The translations under genes were made by a program, and so were the position numbers. A stretch of 12,106 bases of DNA from a virus (Duplodnaviria > Heunggongvirae > Uroviricota > Caudoviricetes): the IMG/VR virus record IMGVR_UViG_2744054964_000001, one strand, 5' to 3'. This document shows, one piece after another, positions 1-7,197 of the stretch; the stretch's first letter is position 1; each line of letters starts with the position of its first letter. Under the pieces are notes generated by a model, which was not told the DNA's origin, made no database searches, and saw nothing but the letters and a program-made list of their open reading frames with translations.

Positions 1-1254
1 ATGCTGGAACAAATGGGCATTGCCGCGAAGCAAGCCTCGTATAAATTAGCGCAACTCTCCAGCCGCGAAAAAAATCGCGTGCTGGAAAAAATCGCCGATG
101 AACTGGAAGCACAAAGCGAAATCATCCTCAACGCTAACGCCCAGGATGTTGCTGACGCGCGAGCCAATGGCCTTAGCGAAGCGATGCTTGACCGTCTGGC
201 ACTGACGCCCGCACGGCTGAAAGGCATTGCCGACGATGTACGTCAGGTGTGCAACCTCGCCGATCCGGTGGGGCAGGTAATCGATGGCGGCGTACTGGAC
301 AGCGGCCTGCGTCTTGAGCGTCGTCGCGTACCGCTGGGGGTTATTGGCGTGATTTATGAAGCGCGCCCGAACGTGACGGTTGATGTCGCTTCGCTGTGCC
401 TGAAAACCGGTAATGCGGTGATCCTGCGCGGTGGCAAAGAAACGTGTCGCACTAACGCTGCAACGGTGGCGGTGATTCAGGACGCCCTGAAATCCTGCGG
501 CTTACCGGCGGGTGCCGTGCAGGCGATTGATAATCCTGACCGTGCGCTGGTCAGTGAAATGCTGCGTATGGATAAATACATCGACATGCTGATCCCGCGT
601 GGTGGCGCTGGTTTGCATAAACTGTGCCGTGAACAGTCGACAATCCCGGTGATCACAGGTGGTATAGGCGTATGCCATATTTACGTTGATGAAAGTGTAG
701 AGATCGCTGAAGCATTAAAAGTGATCGTCAACGCGAAAACTCAGCGTCCGAGCACATGTAATACGGTTGAAACGTTGCTGGTGAATAAAAACATCGCCGA
801 TAGCTTCCTGCCCGCATTAAGCAAACAAATGGCGGAAAGCGGCGTGACATTACACGCAGATGCAGCTGCACTGGCGCAGTTGCAGGCAGGCCCTGCGAAG
901 GTGGTTGCTGTTAAAGCCGAAGAGTATGACGATGAGTTTCTGTCATTAGATTTGAACGTCAAAATCGTCAGCGATCTTGACGATGCCATCGCCCATATTC
1001 GTGAACACGGCACACAACACTCCGATGCGATCCTGACCCGCGATATGCGCAACGCCCAGCGTTTTGTTAACGAAGTGGATTCGTCCGCTGTTTACGTTAA
1101 CGCCTCTACGCGTTTTACCGACGGCGGCCAGTTTGGTCTGGGTGCGGAAGTGGCGGTAAGCACACAAAAACTCCACGCGCGTGGCCCAATGGGGCTGGAA
1201 GCACTGACCACTTACAAGTGGATCGGCATTGGTGATTACACCATTCGTGCGTAA
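1..1254 (+). CDS. proA: gamma-glutamyl phosphate reductase (glutamate-5-semialdehyde dehydrogenase)
   Basis: Full-length 417-aa ORF starting at window position 1; sequence recognised as enterobacterial ProA (aldehyde dehydrogenase fold); TAA stop at 1252-1254; followed by the tRNA-Thr gene as at the E. coli proBA-thrW locus. Confidence 0.95.
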
Positions 1255-1259
1255 ATAAA

Positions 1260-1317
1260 ACCGGGTGATGCAAAAGTAGCCATTTGATTCACAAGGCCAT
1301 TGACGCATCACCCGGTT
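1260..1317 (+). terminator. Perfect 12-bp inverted repeat (ACCGGGTGATGC / GCATCACCCGGT) with 33-nt spacer, followed by TAGTTTT; possible proA terminator or attenuator
   Basis: Arms at 1260-1271 and 1305-1316 are exact reverse complements; T-rich tail follows. The loop is large for a canonical intrinsic terminator, so the function is uncertain. Confidence 0.3.
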
Positions 1318-1368
1318 AGTTTTAACCTTGTCCACCGTGATTCACGTTCGTGAACATGTCCTTTCAGG

Positions 1369-1444
1369 GCCGATATAGCTCAGTTGGTAGAGCAGCGCAT
1401 TCGTAATGCGAAGGTCGTAGGTTCGACTCCTATTATCGGCACCA
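1369..1444 (+). tRNA. thrW: tRNA-Thr (anticodon CGT), 76 nt including encoded CCA
   Basis: GCCGATATAGCTCAGTTGGTAGAGCAGCGCATTCGTAATGCGAAGGTCGTAGGTTCGACTCCTATTATCGGCACCA: acceptor stem GCCGATA/TATCGGC, D-loop AGTTGGTAG, anticodon loop TTCGTAA, T-loop GGTTCGACTCC, 3' CCA. Position after proA matches thrW. Confidence 0.9.
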
Positions 1445-1461
1445 TTCAAACATCTCCCCAA

Positions 1462-1548
1462 GTCTACTAAAGTCTTTCAAAACCCCTTATAATCCGCGTA
1501 TTAAAGCCCCGTTCGTCTTTTGACGTCTACTAAAGTCCCTCAAAATCT
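1462..1548. repeat. Two direct copies of GTCTACTAAAGTC(T/C)(T/C)TCAAAA (1462-1485 and 1526-1548) between the tRNA and int; candidate integrase arm-type sites or int promoter elements
   Basis: Direct repeat read from the sequence; a TATAAT hexamer (1488-1493) lies between the copies; a third partial copy, TTTACTAAAGTA, lies at 2849-2860 just after the int stop. Confidence 0.35.
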
Positions 1549-1609
1549 ACGGTCAGATGGGGGTACTTATGGGGGTATTTGCTGTTCGGTTTAGTGGAGG
1601 TACCCCCAA

Positions 1610-2824
1610 GTGAAACTCAATGCCCGTCAAATAGACACAGCCAAGCCAAAAGAGAAGGCTTACAAGCTGGCCGATGGTGGCGGTTTGTATCTCTTGGTAA
1701 AACCTAATGGAGGTAAATACTGGCGACTTAAATATCGTGTAGCTGGTAAAGAGAAGCTATTGGCACTAGGTGTGTATCCTGAGGTTACTCTAGCCGATGC
1801 GCGAGCTAAACGTGAAGATGCGAAAAGGGGTATCGCTGGTGGTATCGATCCGATGGAAGCGAAACGAGAGGAAAAGATTGCCCGGGAAACGCAGTTAAAC
1901 AACACCTTCAAAGATATTGCCCTTGAGTGGCACAGCAGCAAATTAAAAAAATGGTCTGCTGGTTATGCTTCAGACATCCTCGAAGCCTTCAACAAAGATG
2001 TGTTCCCTTACATTGGCAAAAAACCAATCGCCGAAATCAAACCACTTGAACTTCTGAATGTGCTGCGGCGCATCGAGGGGCGCGGTGCTACAGAAAAAGC
2101 CAAAAAAGTGAGGCAGCGGTGCGGGGAAGTTTTCCGCTATGCAATAGTCACTGGTCGCGCAGAGTATAACCCTGCACCAGACCTTACTAGCGCGATGCAA
2201 GGTCATGAATCTAATCATTACCCTTTCCTTACAGCCAAAGAATTACCTGATTTTTTCAAGGCATTGTCCAGTTACTCAGGAAGCGCATTGGTTGTTATGG
2301 CGGCTCGTCTACTGATTATCACCGGCTTGCGGACTGGCGAACTACGTGGCGCATTATGGGATGAAATTGATTTCAACAAGGCTATCTGGGAGATACCCGC
2401 TTCACGTATGAAAATGCGGCGGCCTCATATTGTGCCATTGTCTGAGCAGGCTCTTTCGCTTATTGGGAAGATTAGAGAAATAACAGGCAATTACCCTCTT
2501 ATGTTTCCCGGGCGCAATGATCCAAGGAAAACAATGAGCGAGGCCAGCATAAACCAAGTGTTTAAGCGCATTGGCTACGCTGGACGTGTAACTGGTCATG
2601 GGTTCCGGCACACTATGAGTACGATTTTGCATGAGCAGGGCTATAACACTGCGTGGATAGAAACGCAGCTCGCTCACGTTGATAAGAACTCAATTCGTGG
2701 CACATACAACCATGCGCAATATCTGGATGGAAGGCGGGAGATGCTTCAATGGTATGCCGACTATATGGATTCTCTCGAGCATGGCGGAAATGTGGTGCAT
2801 ATGGTGTTTGAAAAACACGCATGA
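1610..2824 (+). CDS. int: Site-specific tyrosine recombinase, P4-family integrase (GTG start)
   Basis: 404-aa ORF; N-terminus KPKEKAYKLADGGGLYLLVKPNGGKYWRLKYR is typical of P4-type integrases (DUF4102-like arm-binding domain); C-terminal catalytic region with LRTGELRG, HGFRHT and a C-terminal Tyr; SD GGAGG at 1596-1600; immediately downstream of a tRNA. Confidence 0.9.
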   Translation: MKLNARQIDTAKPKEKAYKLADGGGLYLLVKPNGGKYWRLKYRVAGKEKLLALGVYPEVTLADARAKREDAKRGIAGGIDPMEAKREEKIARETQLNNTFKDIALEWHSSKLKKWSAGYASDILEAFNKDVFPYIGKKPIAEIKPLELLNVLRRIEGRGATEKAKKVRQRCGEVFRYAIVTGRAEYNPAPDLTSAMQGHESNHYPFLTAKELPDFFKALSSYSGSALVVMAARLLIITGLRTGELRGALWDEIDFNKAIWEIPASRMKMRRPHIVPLSEQALSLIGKIREITGNYPLMFPGRNDPRKTMSEASINQVFKRIGYAGRVTGHGFRHTMSTILHEQGYNTAWIETQLAHVDKNSIRGTYNHAQYLDGRREMLQWYADYMDSLEHGGNVVHMVFEKHA

Positions 2825-2890
2825 AACAACTGGACAAGTATACAGAGGTTTACTAAAGTATAAGGGAGTAGATTGATAAAAACTCACAGA

Positions 2891-3213
2891 GGATTGCTAT
2901 TTAACAGTTAGCCATGGAGAAGGGCAATTGCTCTTTTAACAACGAAGATGGAATCTTCTACGCAGCTGAAAAGCTGGATGCTCTTTAACAGCCTTTGGTG
3001 CTTTCCTGATGCAGGAAAGAATAGGGATACATGCACCTTTACAATGCATGTAATGATTCATCCATGAGGCTGCGGAGCGCTGACAAAGCGCAATTGCTCT
3101 TTAACATTGATGTGGGCGGGATGGTTCATCCCGCAGTGACCGATAGATTTCTATCGGGAAACATACAATGATTCAAATATGAATCTACGGCGCTGACAAA
3201 GCGCAATTGCTCT
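2891..3213. repeat. Array of five direct repeats of the motif (GC)AATTGCTCTTTAACA, including two near-identical 24-bp copies GCGCTGACAAAGCGCAATTGCTCT, in an ORF-free int-alpA spacer
   Basis: Copies at about 2891-2906, 2924-2941, 2975-2990, 3077-3106 and 3190-3213; core GCAATTGC is an 8-bp perfect palindrome; spacing is irregular (33, 51, about 115 and 112 bp). Two small hairpins lie nearby (GCGGGAT..ATCCCGC at about 3114-3132; CCGATAGA..TCTATCGG at about 3139-3157). Confidence 0.5.
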
Positions 3214-3475
3214 CTTGCCTGCCCACCATGCCCTGAAAAAGGGCGTTCTTTAAAACTACTGGATGTCACGCCTAATAGCGTGATCCTGCCGAAATGCAGG
3301 GTAGCTCTACCCTTGTGGAGCAAACAAACCAAAACAATCTGACTATCTTTTATAAAAGACCGCAATATGTTTTTCATATTGTGGTCTTTGGCGTATTCGA
3401 CATTTGACGCAAATAAAACTCTCGCCATTCGTTGCAGGAGGGGGTTATTGCGTCATTAGTACAGGATATTAATAA

Positions 3476-3679
3476 ATGGCTAATTACAATTCATTAATTC
3501 GTCTCTCTGAAGTTCAAAGGCGAACTGGTTATAGCAAAGCATGGATTTATCGTCTTATTAGTCAGGGGAGGTTCCCTAAACAGGTAAAAATTGGAAGTCG
3601 GGCAATTGCTTTTGTTGAGTCTGAAATAGATGAATGGATTGAGAAGTGTATATTAGAATCTAGAGACGAGGTGGCCTGA
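3476..3679 (+). CDS. alpA: AlpA/Vis-family phage transcriptional regulator (excisionase-like DNA-binding protein)
   Basis: 67-aa ORF; sequence LSEVQRRTGYSKAWIYRLISQGRFPKQVKIGSRAIAFVESEIDEWI matches the AlpA family helix-turn-helix pattern; stop overlaps the start of the next ORF (TGATG). Confidence 0.85.
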   Translation: MANYNSLIRLSEVQRRTGYSKAWIYRLISQGRFPKQVKIGSRAIAFVESEIDEWIEKCILESRDEVA

Positions 3680-4110
3680 TGGAAAAGAAAAACCGCCCAT
3701 TACAGGCGGCTAACTCAGATATTCGCACGTCTGATATTACGCCGACCACCAGCCCGGTACAAGTACCTAGGCGTACCCCAAAGAAACACCGCGCCCGCGT
3801 CTATATGCTGCGTACTGGTATAGAGGGATGGACAGAAAACGACATTCTTCGCTACTGCCGTCTGTCTTCTGGTCGTAACTATGCAACAGAGTTAGAACGC
3901 CAGCTTGGAATCACTCTGGAGCGTATCGACGAAAAGAATCCTGATGGTATCGGAACACACCTTCGCTACCGTTTCTCCTGCCGTGGTGATGTTCTGAAAG
4001 TGATCACTCATGTTAACCATCTTGCGAACATAAATGATCACAACGGACTTTCTCAGCAGGAAATTGCCGACATTCTGAAACTCTACCCGGACGCGTTTAA
4101 CGCCGCCTAA
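3679..4110 (+). CDS. Hypothetical protein, 143 aa, translationally coupled to alpA
   Basis: ATG overlaps the alpA stop; SD GAGGTGG at about 3667-3673; basic N-terminal region (PRRTPKKHRAR); no family recognised by eye. Confidence 0.6.
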   Translation: MEKKNRPLQAANSDIRTSDITPTTSPVQVPRRTPKKHRARVYMLRTGIEGWTENDILRYCRLSSGRNYATELERQLGITLERIDEKNPDGIGTHLRYRFSCRGDVLKVITHVNHLANINDHNGLSQQEIADILKLYPDAFNAA

Positions 4111-4122
4111 CGGAGACTGAAA

Positions 4123-4956
4123 ATGAACATCGAAAAAAGCAGATTAATTTCTGAGGCCGCCCCTCATCTGAACGCCTATCAGGGAACAATTAACGGTAAT
4201 GAATTTGCCGCAATTGTCCCGGTTATTCCTGGTCATATCGGTGGGCGTGAAACCAATATTGTTAGCGCAAAAGCGTTACACAAAGCGTTGGGCGTGGGAA
4301 AAGACTTCTCTACATGGATCGCTGATCGCATCTCTGAATATGACTTCACCATTGGGCACGATTACTCAGTCCATAAAACAATTTCCCCAAATCTGGGGAA
4401 AAGCCCGAATGGCGCGGCTTACAGCAAGATTAAACAGTCTGGCAGACCCGGCAAAGACTATCTGTTAAGTGTCGGAATGGCGAAAGAACTGGCAATGATC
4501 GAACGCAATGATCAGGGGCGTGCTATCCGTCGTTATTTCATCCAGTGCGAGGAAGAATTACAGCGTAGCGTGCCTGAAATCGCCGCCCGCTATCGTCGCC
4601 AGCTAAAAGCCCGTATCAGTGCCGCAAACAACTTTAAGCCAATGTGCGATGCGCTGAATATGGCCCGTGCCGAGATGGGTAAAGCGACGCAGCAGCGCCA
4701 CTACAGCAACGAGAGCAACATGATCGCCCGTATCGTGCTGGGTGGCATGACGGCGAAGCAGTGGGCGCAGGCAAATGGCATTACTGGCGAACCACGGGAC
4801 AGCATGAACGCAGCACAGCTTGAACACCTCGCCTATCTCGAAAGCACCAATATCACGTTAATTGATATGGGCATGGAATATGAGCAGCGCAAAGGAGAAC
4901 TCACCCGCCTGTCGCAACGCTGGCTCGCTAAACGTCTGGAGGTAAACCATGCGTAA
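4123..4956 (+). CDS. Phage antirepressor-like protein (AntA/AntB / KilAC-type, Bro-N-like N-terminal domain)
   Basis: 277-aa ORF; motifs SAKALHKALGVGKDFSTWIADRISEYDF and DYLLSVGMAKELAMIERNDQGRAIRRYFIQCEEEL match the pattern recalled for AntA/KilAC antirepressors; SD GGAG upstream. Confidence 0.7.
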   Translation: MNIEKSRLISEAAPHLNAYQGTINGNEFAAIVPVIPGHIGGRETNIVSAKALHKALGVGKDFSTWIADRISEYDFTIGHDYSVHKTISPNLGKSPNGAAYSKIKQSGRPGKDYLLSVGMAKELAMIERNDQGRAIRRYFIQCEEELQRSVPEIAARYRRQLKARISAANNFKPMCDALNMARAEMGKATQQRHYSNESNMIARIVLGGMTAKQWAQANGITGEPRDSMNAAQLEHLAYLESTNITLIDMGMEYEQRKGELTRLSQRWLAKRLEVNHA

Positions 4957-5131
4957 CCATAATCCGATGCCGGGAAGCCGTTACAAGGATTCGCACGGGG
5001 CTGTAGTGACCGTTGAGCGCGTCGAGCATAACCGAGTGACCTTTTACCGCGAGGGCTATCAGTCGCCATGTGTTCAGCCTTTGGAGAGATTCGTTAATGA
5101 GTTCGTGGAGGTGCGCCGTGATACTGAATGA
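4949..5131 (+). CDS. Small DUF4222-like protein (60 aa)
   Basis: ATG overlaps the upstream stop (ATGCGTAA); SD GGAGGT at 4937-4942; sequence PGSRYKDSHGAVVTVERVEHNRVTFYREGYQSPCVQPLERF resembles DUF4222 small proteins common in enterobacterial P4-like islands. Confidence 0.55.
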   Translation: MRNHNPMPGSRYKDSHGAVVTVERVEHNRVTFYREGYQSPCVQPLERFVNEFVEVRRDTE

Positions 5132-5171
5132 ACCTGCCGCCCAGAAAGAAGCCTTTAATCTGGCTGGCATG

Positions 5172-5187
5172 TTGTCAAAAGTTGACA
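5172..5187. promoter_or_regulatory. Operator-like inverted repeat TTGTCA-AAAG-TTGACA (contains a perfect -35 hexamer TTGACA)
   Basis: Read directly; a near-identical site TTGTCA-AAAC-TTGACA recurs at 10615-10630; no strong -10 hexamer at canonical spacing. Confidence 0.35.
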
Positions 5188-5418
5188 TCTGCAACCTTAC
5201 AAAACCTGATATTGATACCGCAGCGCCTGGAGTTCCGTTACCAGTACGCGAGGCGCTTACCCTCAACAAAAAGATGGTGAGCCGTGCACAGGGAAAACTC
5301 TTAAAGGGTTACGGTTTTATCTGGTATGACCACCTAGCAGAGAAAAGCTGTTATAGTCCAAGCGTTGCTGCAAAATCAGCAACCGGGCGTGAGAACCCGA
5401 ACACACTCAGGGCGACAC

Positions 5419-5441
5419 AGACGCCGAAAGCGTCTTTTTTT
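5419..5441 (+). terminator. Rho-independent terminator (AGACGC-CGAAA-GCGTCT followed by T7)
   Basis: 6-bp GC-rich stem, 5-nt loop, run of seven T; preceded by a second hairpin GTTGCTG-CAAAAT-CAGCAAC at 5364-5383. Confidence 0.5.
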
Positions 5442-5507
5442 GTGTCCATTCACTACGCACATCAAATCAGCGGACTTACCCGTACTGTATCAATGGTGGC
5501 GTTAGTG

Positions 5508-5622
5508 GGGCTACGTTCGCGTAGGCCGGTTTCCTTTGTGTCCGGTATTCTCACCCCCGCTGACGTCACCGCCAATTCAGAGCGTGAGAACTCAGGCGGT
5601 GACTCCTTAAACACAAAGGAGG
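5508..5622 (+). promoter_or_regulatory. Candidate C4/CI-type antisense RNA or RBS-masking leader upstream of the icd-like gene
   Basis: Hairpin CTACG-TTCG-CGTAG (5511-5524); CCGG-TTTCCTTTGTGT-CCGG stem-loop (5526-5545) whose loop TCCTTTGTGT (5532-5541) is the exact reverse complement of ACACAAAGGA (5611-5620), which overlaps the SD AAGGAGG (5616-5622) of the icd-like ORF; second copy TTTGTGTCC at 5439-5447. Confidence 0.35.
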
Positions 5623-5630
5623 CTGCCATA

Positions 5631-5822
5631 ATGGCTACTACCCCTACCCAAAAACCGCAATTTATCTGGATTATCGCAGCAGTTCGCCGCGATATGCCGA
5701 CAATTACCGCCAAAATTCACCATATCGCCGCAGAGACTGAGCAGGAAGCCCGCCGCATTCTGGCGCGGGATCACGTTTGCTTTTTTGCCGGACGTATTCG
5801 CACAGGGGGCGCACATGCTTAA
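5631..5822 (+). CDS. Icd-like small protein (putative host cell-division inhibitor, P1 Icd / P4 Kil-like)
   Basis: 63-aa ORF with strong SD AAGGAGG 9 nt upstream; pattern F-W...A..RR ... AAETEQEARRILA ... FFAGRIR matches the remembered Icd-like family signature. This is the 3' part of a 250-aa track ORF (5070-5822) that is otherwise not credible. Confidence 0.6.
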   Translation: MATTPTQKPQFIWIIAAVRRDMPTITAKIHHIAAETEQEARRILARDHVCFFAGRIRTGGAHA

Positions 5823-5994
5823 TTACTTCCGTGTTGCAGGATGCGCCACCGCCAGGAGCGGCGAATTAGTCGAGTTCGTTTATATCGTTGACGCCCGCAG
5901 CGCGATCAGCGCCAAAGCTGAGGCGCTAAATCAGGCCAGAAATGAACGCCTTTCCCACATCCAGATTACCCGCGTTCGTGAGGTGGCGGCATGA
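5815..5994 (+). CDS. Hypothetical small protein (59 aa)
   Basis: ATG at 5815 with SD AGGGGG at 5804-5809; overlaps the icd-like stop by 8 nt; stop overlaps the next start (ATGA). The track's 5785 start is a TTG without SD. Confidence 0.5.
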   Translation: MLNYFRVAGCATARSGELVEFVYIVDARSAISAKAEALNQARNERLSHIQITRVREVAA

Positions 5995-6305
5995 GCATGT
6001 ATGACGATTTAGTGTCCTGCAAATTTGATGGTTGTACACCTGATGATCTGAACGGAATTGAGAGCCGCGCCAGTGATGCCGTGGATGATTTAATGCTGGG
6101 CGTAAGTGCCATTGGTAGCCTCATGTTCTGGGCGGCTGGTAGCGATGGCTACCCGGAGGAAATCGCTAAGGCTGATATGTACAGATTAGGCGCAATGCTG
6201 GGACATATCGGAGAATTTGCGCGGGCGCTGAACGATATCGCTGCAAACGCCGCATTCTTGCGCTCAATCAGTGAAAAAGAAGCCAAAGGGAGGGCGGGCA
6301 AATGA
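5991..6305 (+). CDS. Hypothetical protein (104 aa)
   Basis: SD GAGGTGG upstream; ATGA start/stop overlaps on both sides (translational coupling). Confidence 0.6.
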   Translation: MSMYDDLVSCKFDGCTPDDLNGIESRASDAVDDLMLGVSAIGSLMFWAAGSDGYPEEIAKADMYRLGAMLGHIGEFARALNDIAANAAFLRSISEKEAKGRAGK

Positions 6306-6565
6306 ACATAACTACCATCTATCGCCACCCGGCAGAGCTGGAAGCCGAAGCGATGTTATCCCGCGAGCAGGCTTACCCGGATGATTTTACGCTGGCAGAC
6401 CGAACAGCAGAACGCATGACCCGCGCCCGCAATGGGCTGGCTCACGTTATGACCGATTTATTACCACTCCTCGAAGTTGAGCAAGCAGCCATCGCGTATT
6501 GCTGGCTGAGTAAAGTCCTGACGATTGTCGATATAGCCAGAATTGATGCGGAGGGCAGCGCATGA
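6302..6565 (+). CDS. Hypothetical protein (87 aa)
   Basis: SD AAAGGGAGGG upstream; ATGA overlaps with both neighbours. Confidence 0.6.
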   Translation: MNITTIYRHPAELEAEAMLSREQAYPDDFTLADRTAERMTRARNGLAHVMTDLLPLLEVEQAAIAYCWLSKVLTIVDIARIDAEGSA

Positions 6566-7188
6566 GCAACGCACCGACCATTAAATCGGGAAATGCCGAC
6601 TTATTACACGCCGAAGCCACACCGCACGGCGTCAATATCATGACCCGCAATGATGCCGGGGGATATGAGCAGGTTGCTCTTATCAGCTACGAGAGCGCCG
6701 TGAACGGCCTTGACGCCGGAGAGTACGACGATAAGCCAGATATCGGATACGCCATTCATTTTGCCGTTGCTGATGGCGGGGCGCGTGGCTGGTTCGACTT
6801 CACCGCGCAGCATAACGTCACTATGTGGCGCTGGCTGATTGCTGCGACGTTCATTTCTGAGATGAAGCGCGAAAACGGCACAACCACGGTAACTGAGTCT
6901 GACGGCACTTCATCGCAGGTGGCGATTTACTCCAATGGCACGGCGGGGATTGTGGTTTACCCGTTCGCGGAACGTCTGGCGATGGCTAACAACATGGAGG
7001 GCGCAATGGTTGAGCGCTACGGCATTGAGCAGGGAACAGCGAACGCCATTGTTTTTTATCAGGCCATGATCGACACGGAGCGCGGCGAGTTGACCCCGTT
7101 CGGGCGTGAAACGCTTGCTGAACTTCACAACAGCTTTATAGCTGAACTGGATGAAAACGGCTGGCCTGAAATGCCGCTGGCGCACTGA
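6562..7188 (+). CDS. Hypothetical protein (208 aa)
   Basis: SD GCGGAGGG upstream; ATGA overlap with the upstream ORF; coding-like composition; no family recognised. Confidence 0.65.
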   Translation: MSNAPTIKSGNADLLHAEATPHGVNIMTRNDAGGYEQVALISYESAVNGLDAGEYDDKPDIGYAIHFAVADGGARGWFDFTAQHNVTMWRWLIAATFISEMKRENGTTTVTESDGTSSQVAIYSNGTAGIVVYPFAERLAMANNMEGAMVERYGIEQGTANAIVFYQAMIDTERGELTPFGRETLAELHNSFIAELDENGWPEMPLAH

Positions 7189-7197
7189 GGGGGCGAC

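Noticed and set aside
741-1335. Minus-strand ORFs 741-1052 and 946-1335 overlapping proA
   Set aside because: Antisense to a confidently identified housekeeping gene; no independent support.
1341-1354. 14-bp perfect palindrome TTCACGTTCGTGAA 15 bp upstream of the tRNA
   Set aside because: Lies in host sequence upstream of thrW, most likely part of the native tRNA promoter/regulatory region rather than the mobile element; noted but not pursued.
1660-2887. Minus-strand ORFs (1660-1941, 1970-2218, 2402-2677, 2613-2837, 2690-2887) and + ORF 2679-2876
   Set aside because: All overlap the integrase gene in other frames or on the opposite strand, or lie in the 3' flank without SD; no family resemblance.
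2891-3213. Possible CRISPR array (int-alpA repeats)
   Set aside because: Repeats are about 15-24 bp with irregular spacing (33 to about 115 bp) and variable sequence, and there are no cas genes; not a CRISPR array.
3126-3428. 100-aa minus-strand ORF inside the int-alpA spacer
   Set aside because: No SD upstream of its ATG on the minus strand; runs through the direct-repeat array and hairpins; low-complexity sequence. Kept only as an alternative hypothesis in the spacer finding.
4199-4827. + ORF 4199-4468 and minus ORF 4603-4827 overlapping the antirepressor gene
   Set aside because: Alternative-frame or antisense overlaps with a recognisable antirepressor CDS; no RBS.
5128-5280. 50-aa ORF starting at ATG 5128 (not in track)
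   Set aside because: Nearest SD-like sequence is 14 nt away; peptide is low-complexity and proline/arginine-rich; more likely non-coding leader of the candidate sRNA region.
5785-5814. Track start sites for ORFs 5785-5994 and 10740-10940
   Set aside because: Both track starts are TTG codons without a Shine-Dalgarno; downstream in-frame ATG codons (5815 and 10767) have good RBS and were used instead.
5070-5822. 250-aa + strand ORF from the track
   Set aside because: No Shine-Dalgarno at any candidate start; it reads straight through a canonical intrinsic terminator (5419-5441) and the structured antisense-like region. Only its last 63 codons (5631-5822) have a strong AAGGAGG RBS and are kept as the icd-like gene.
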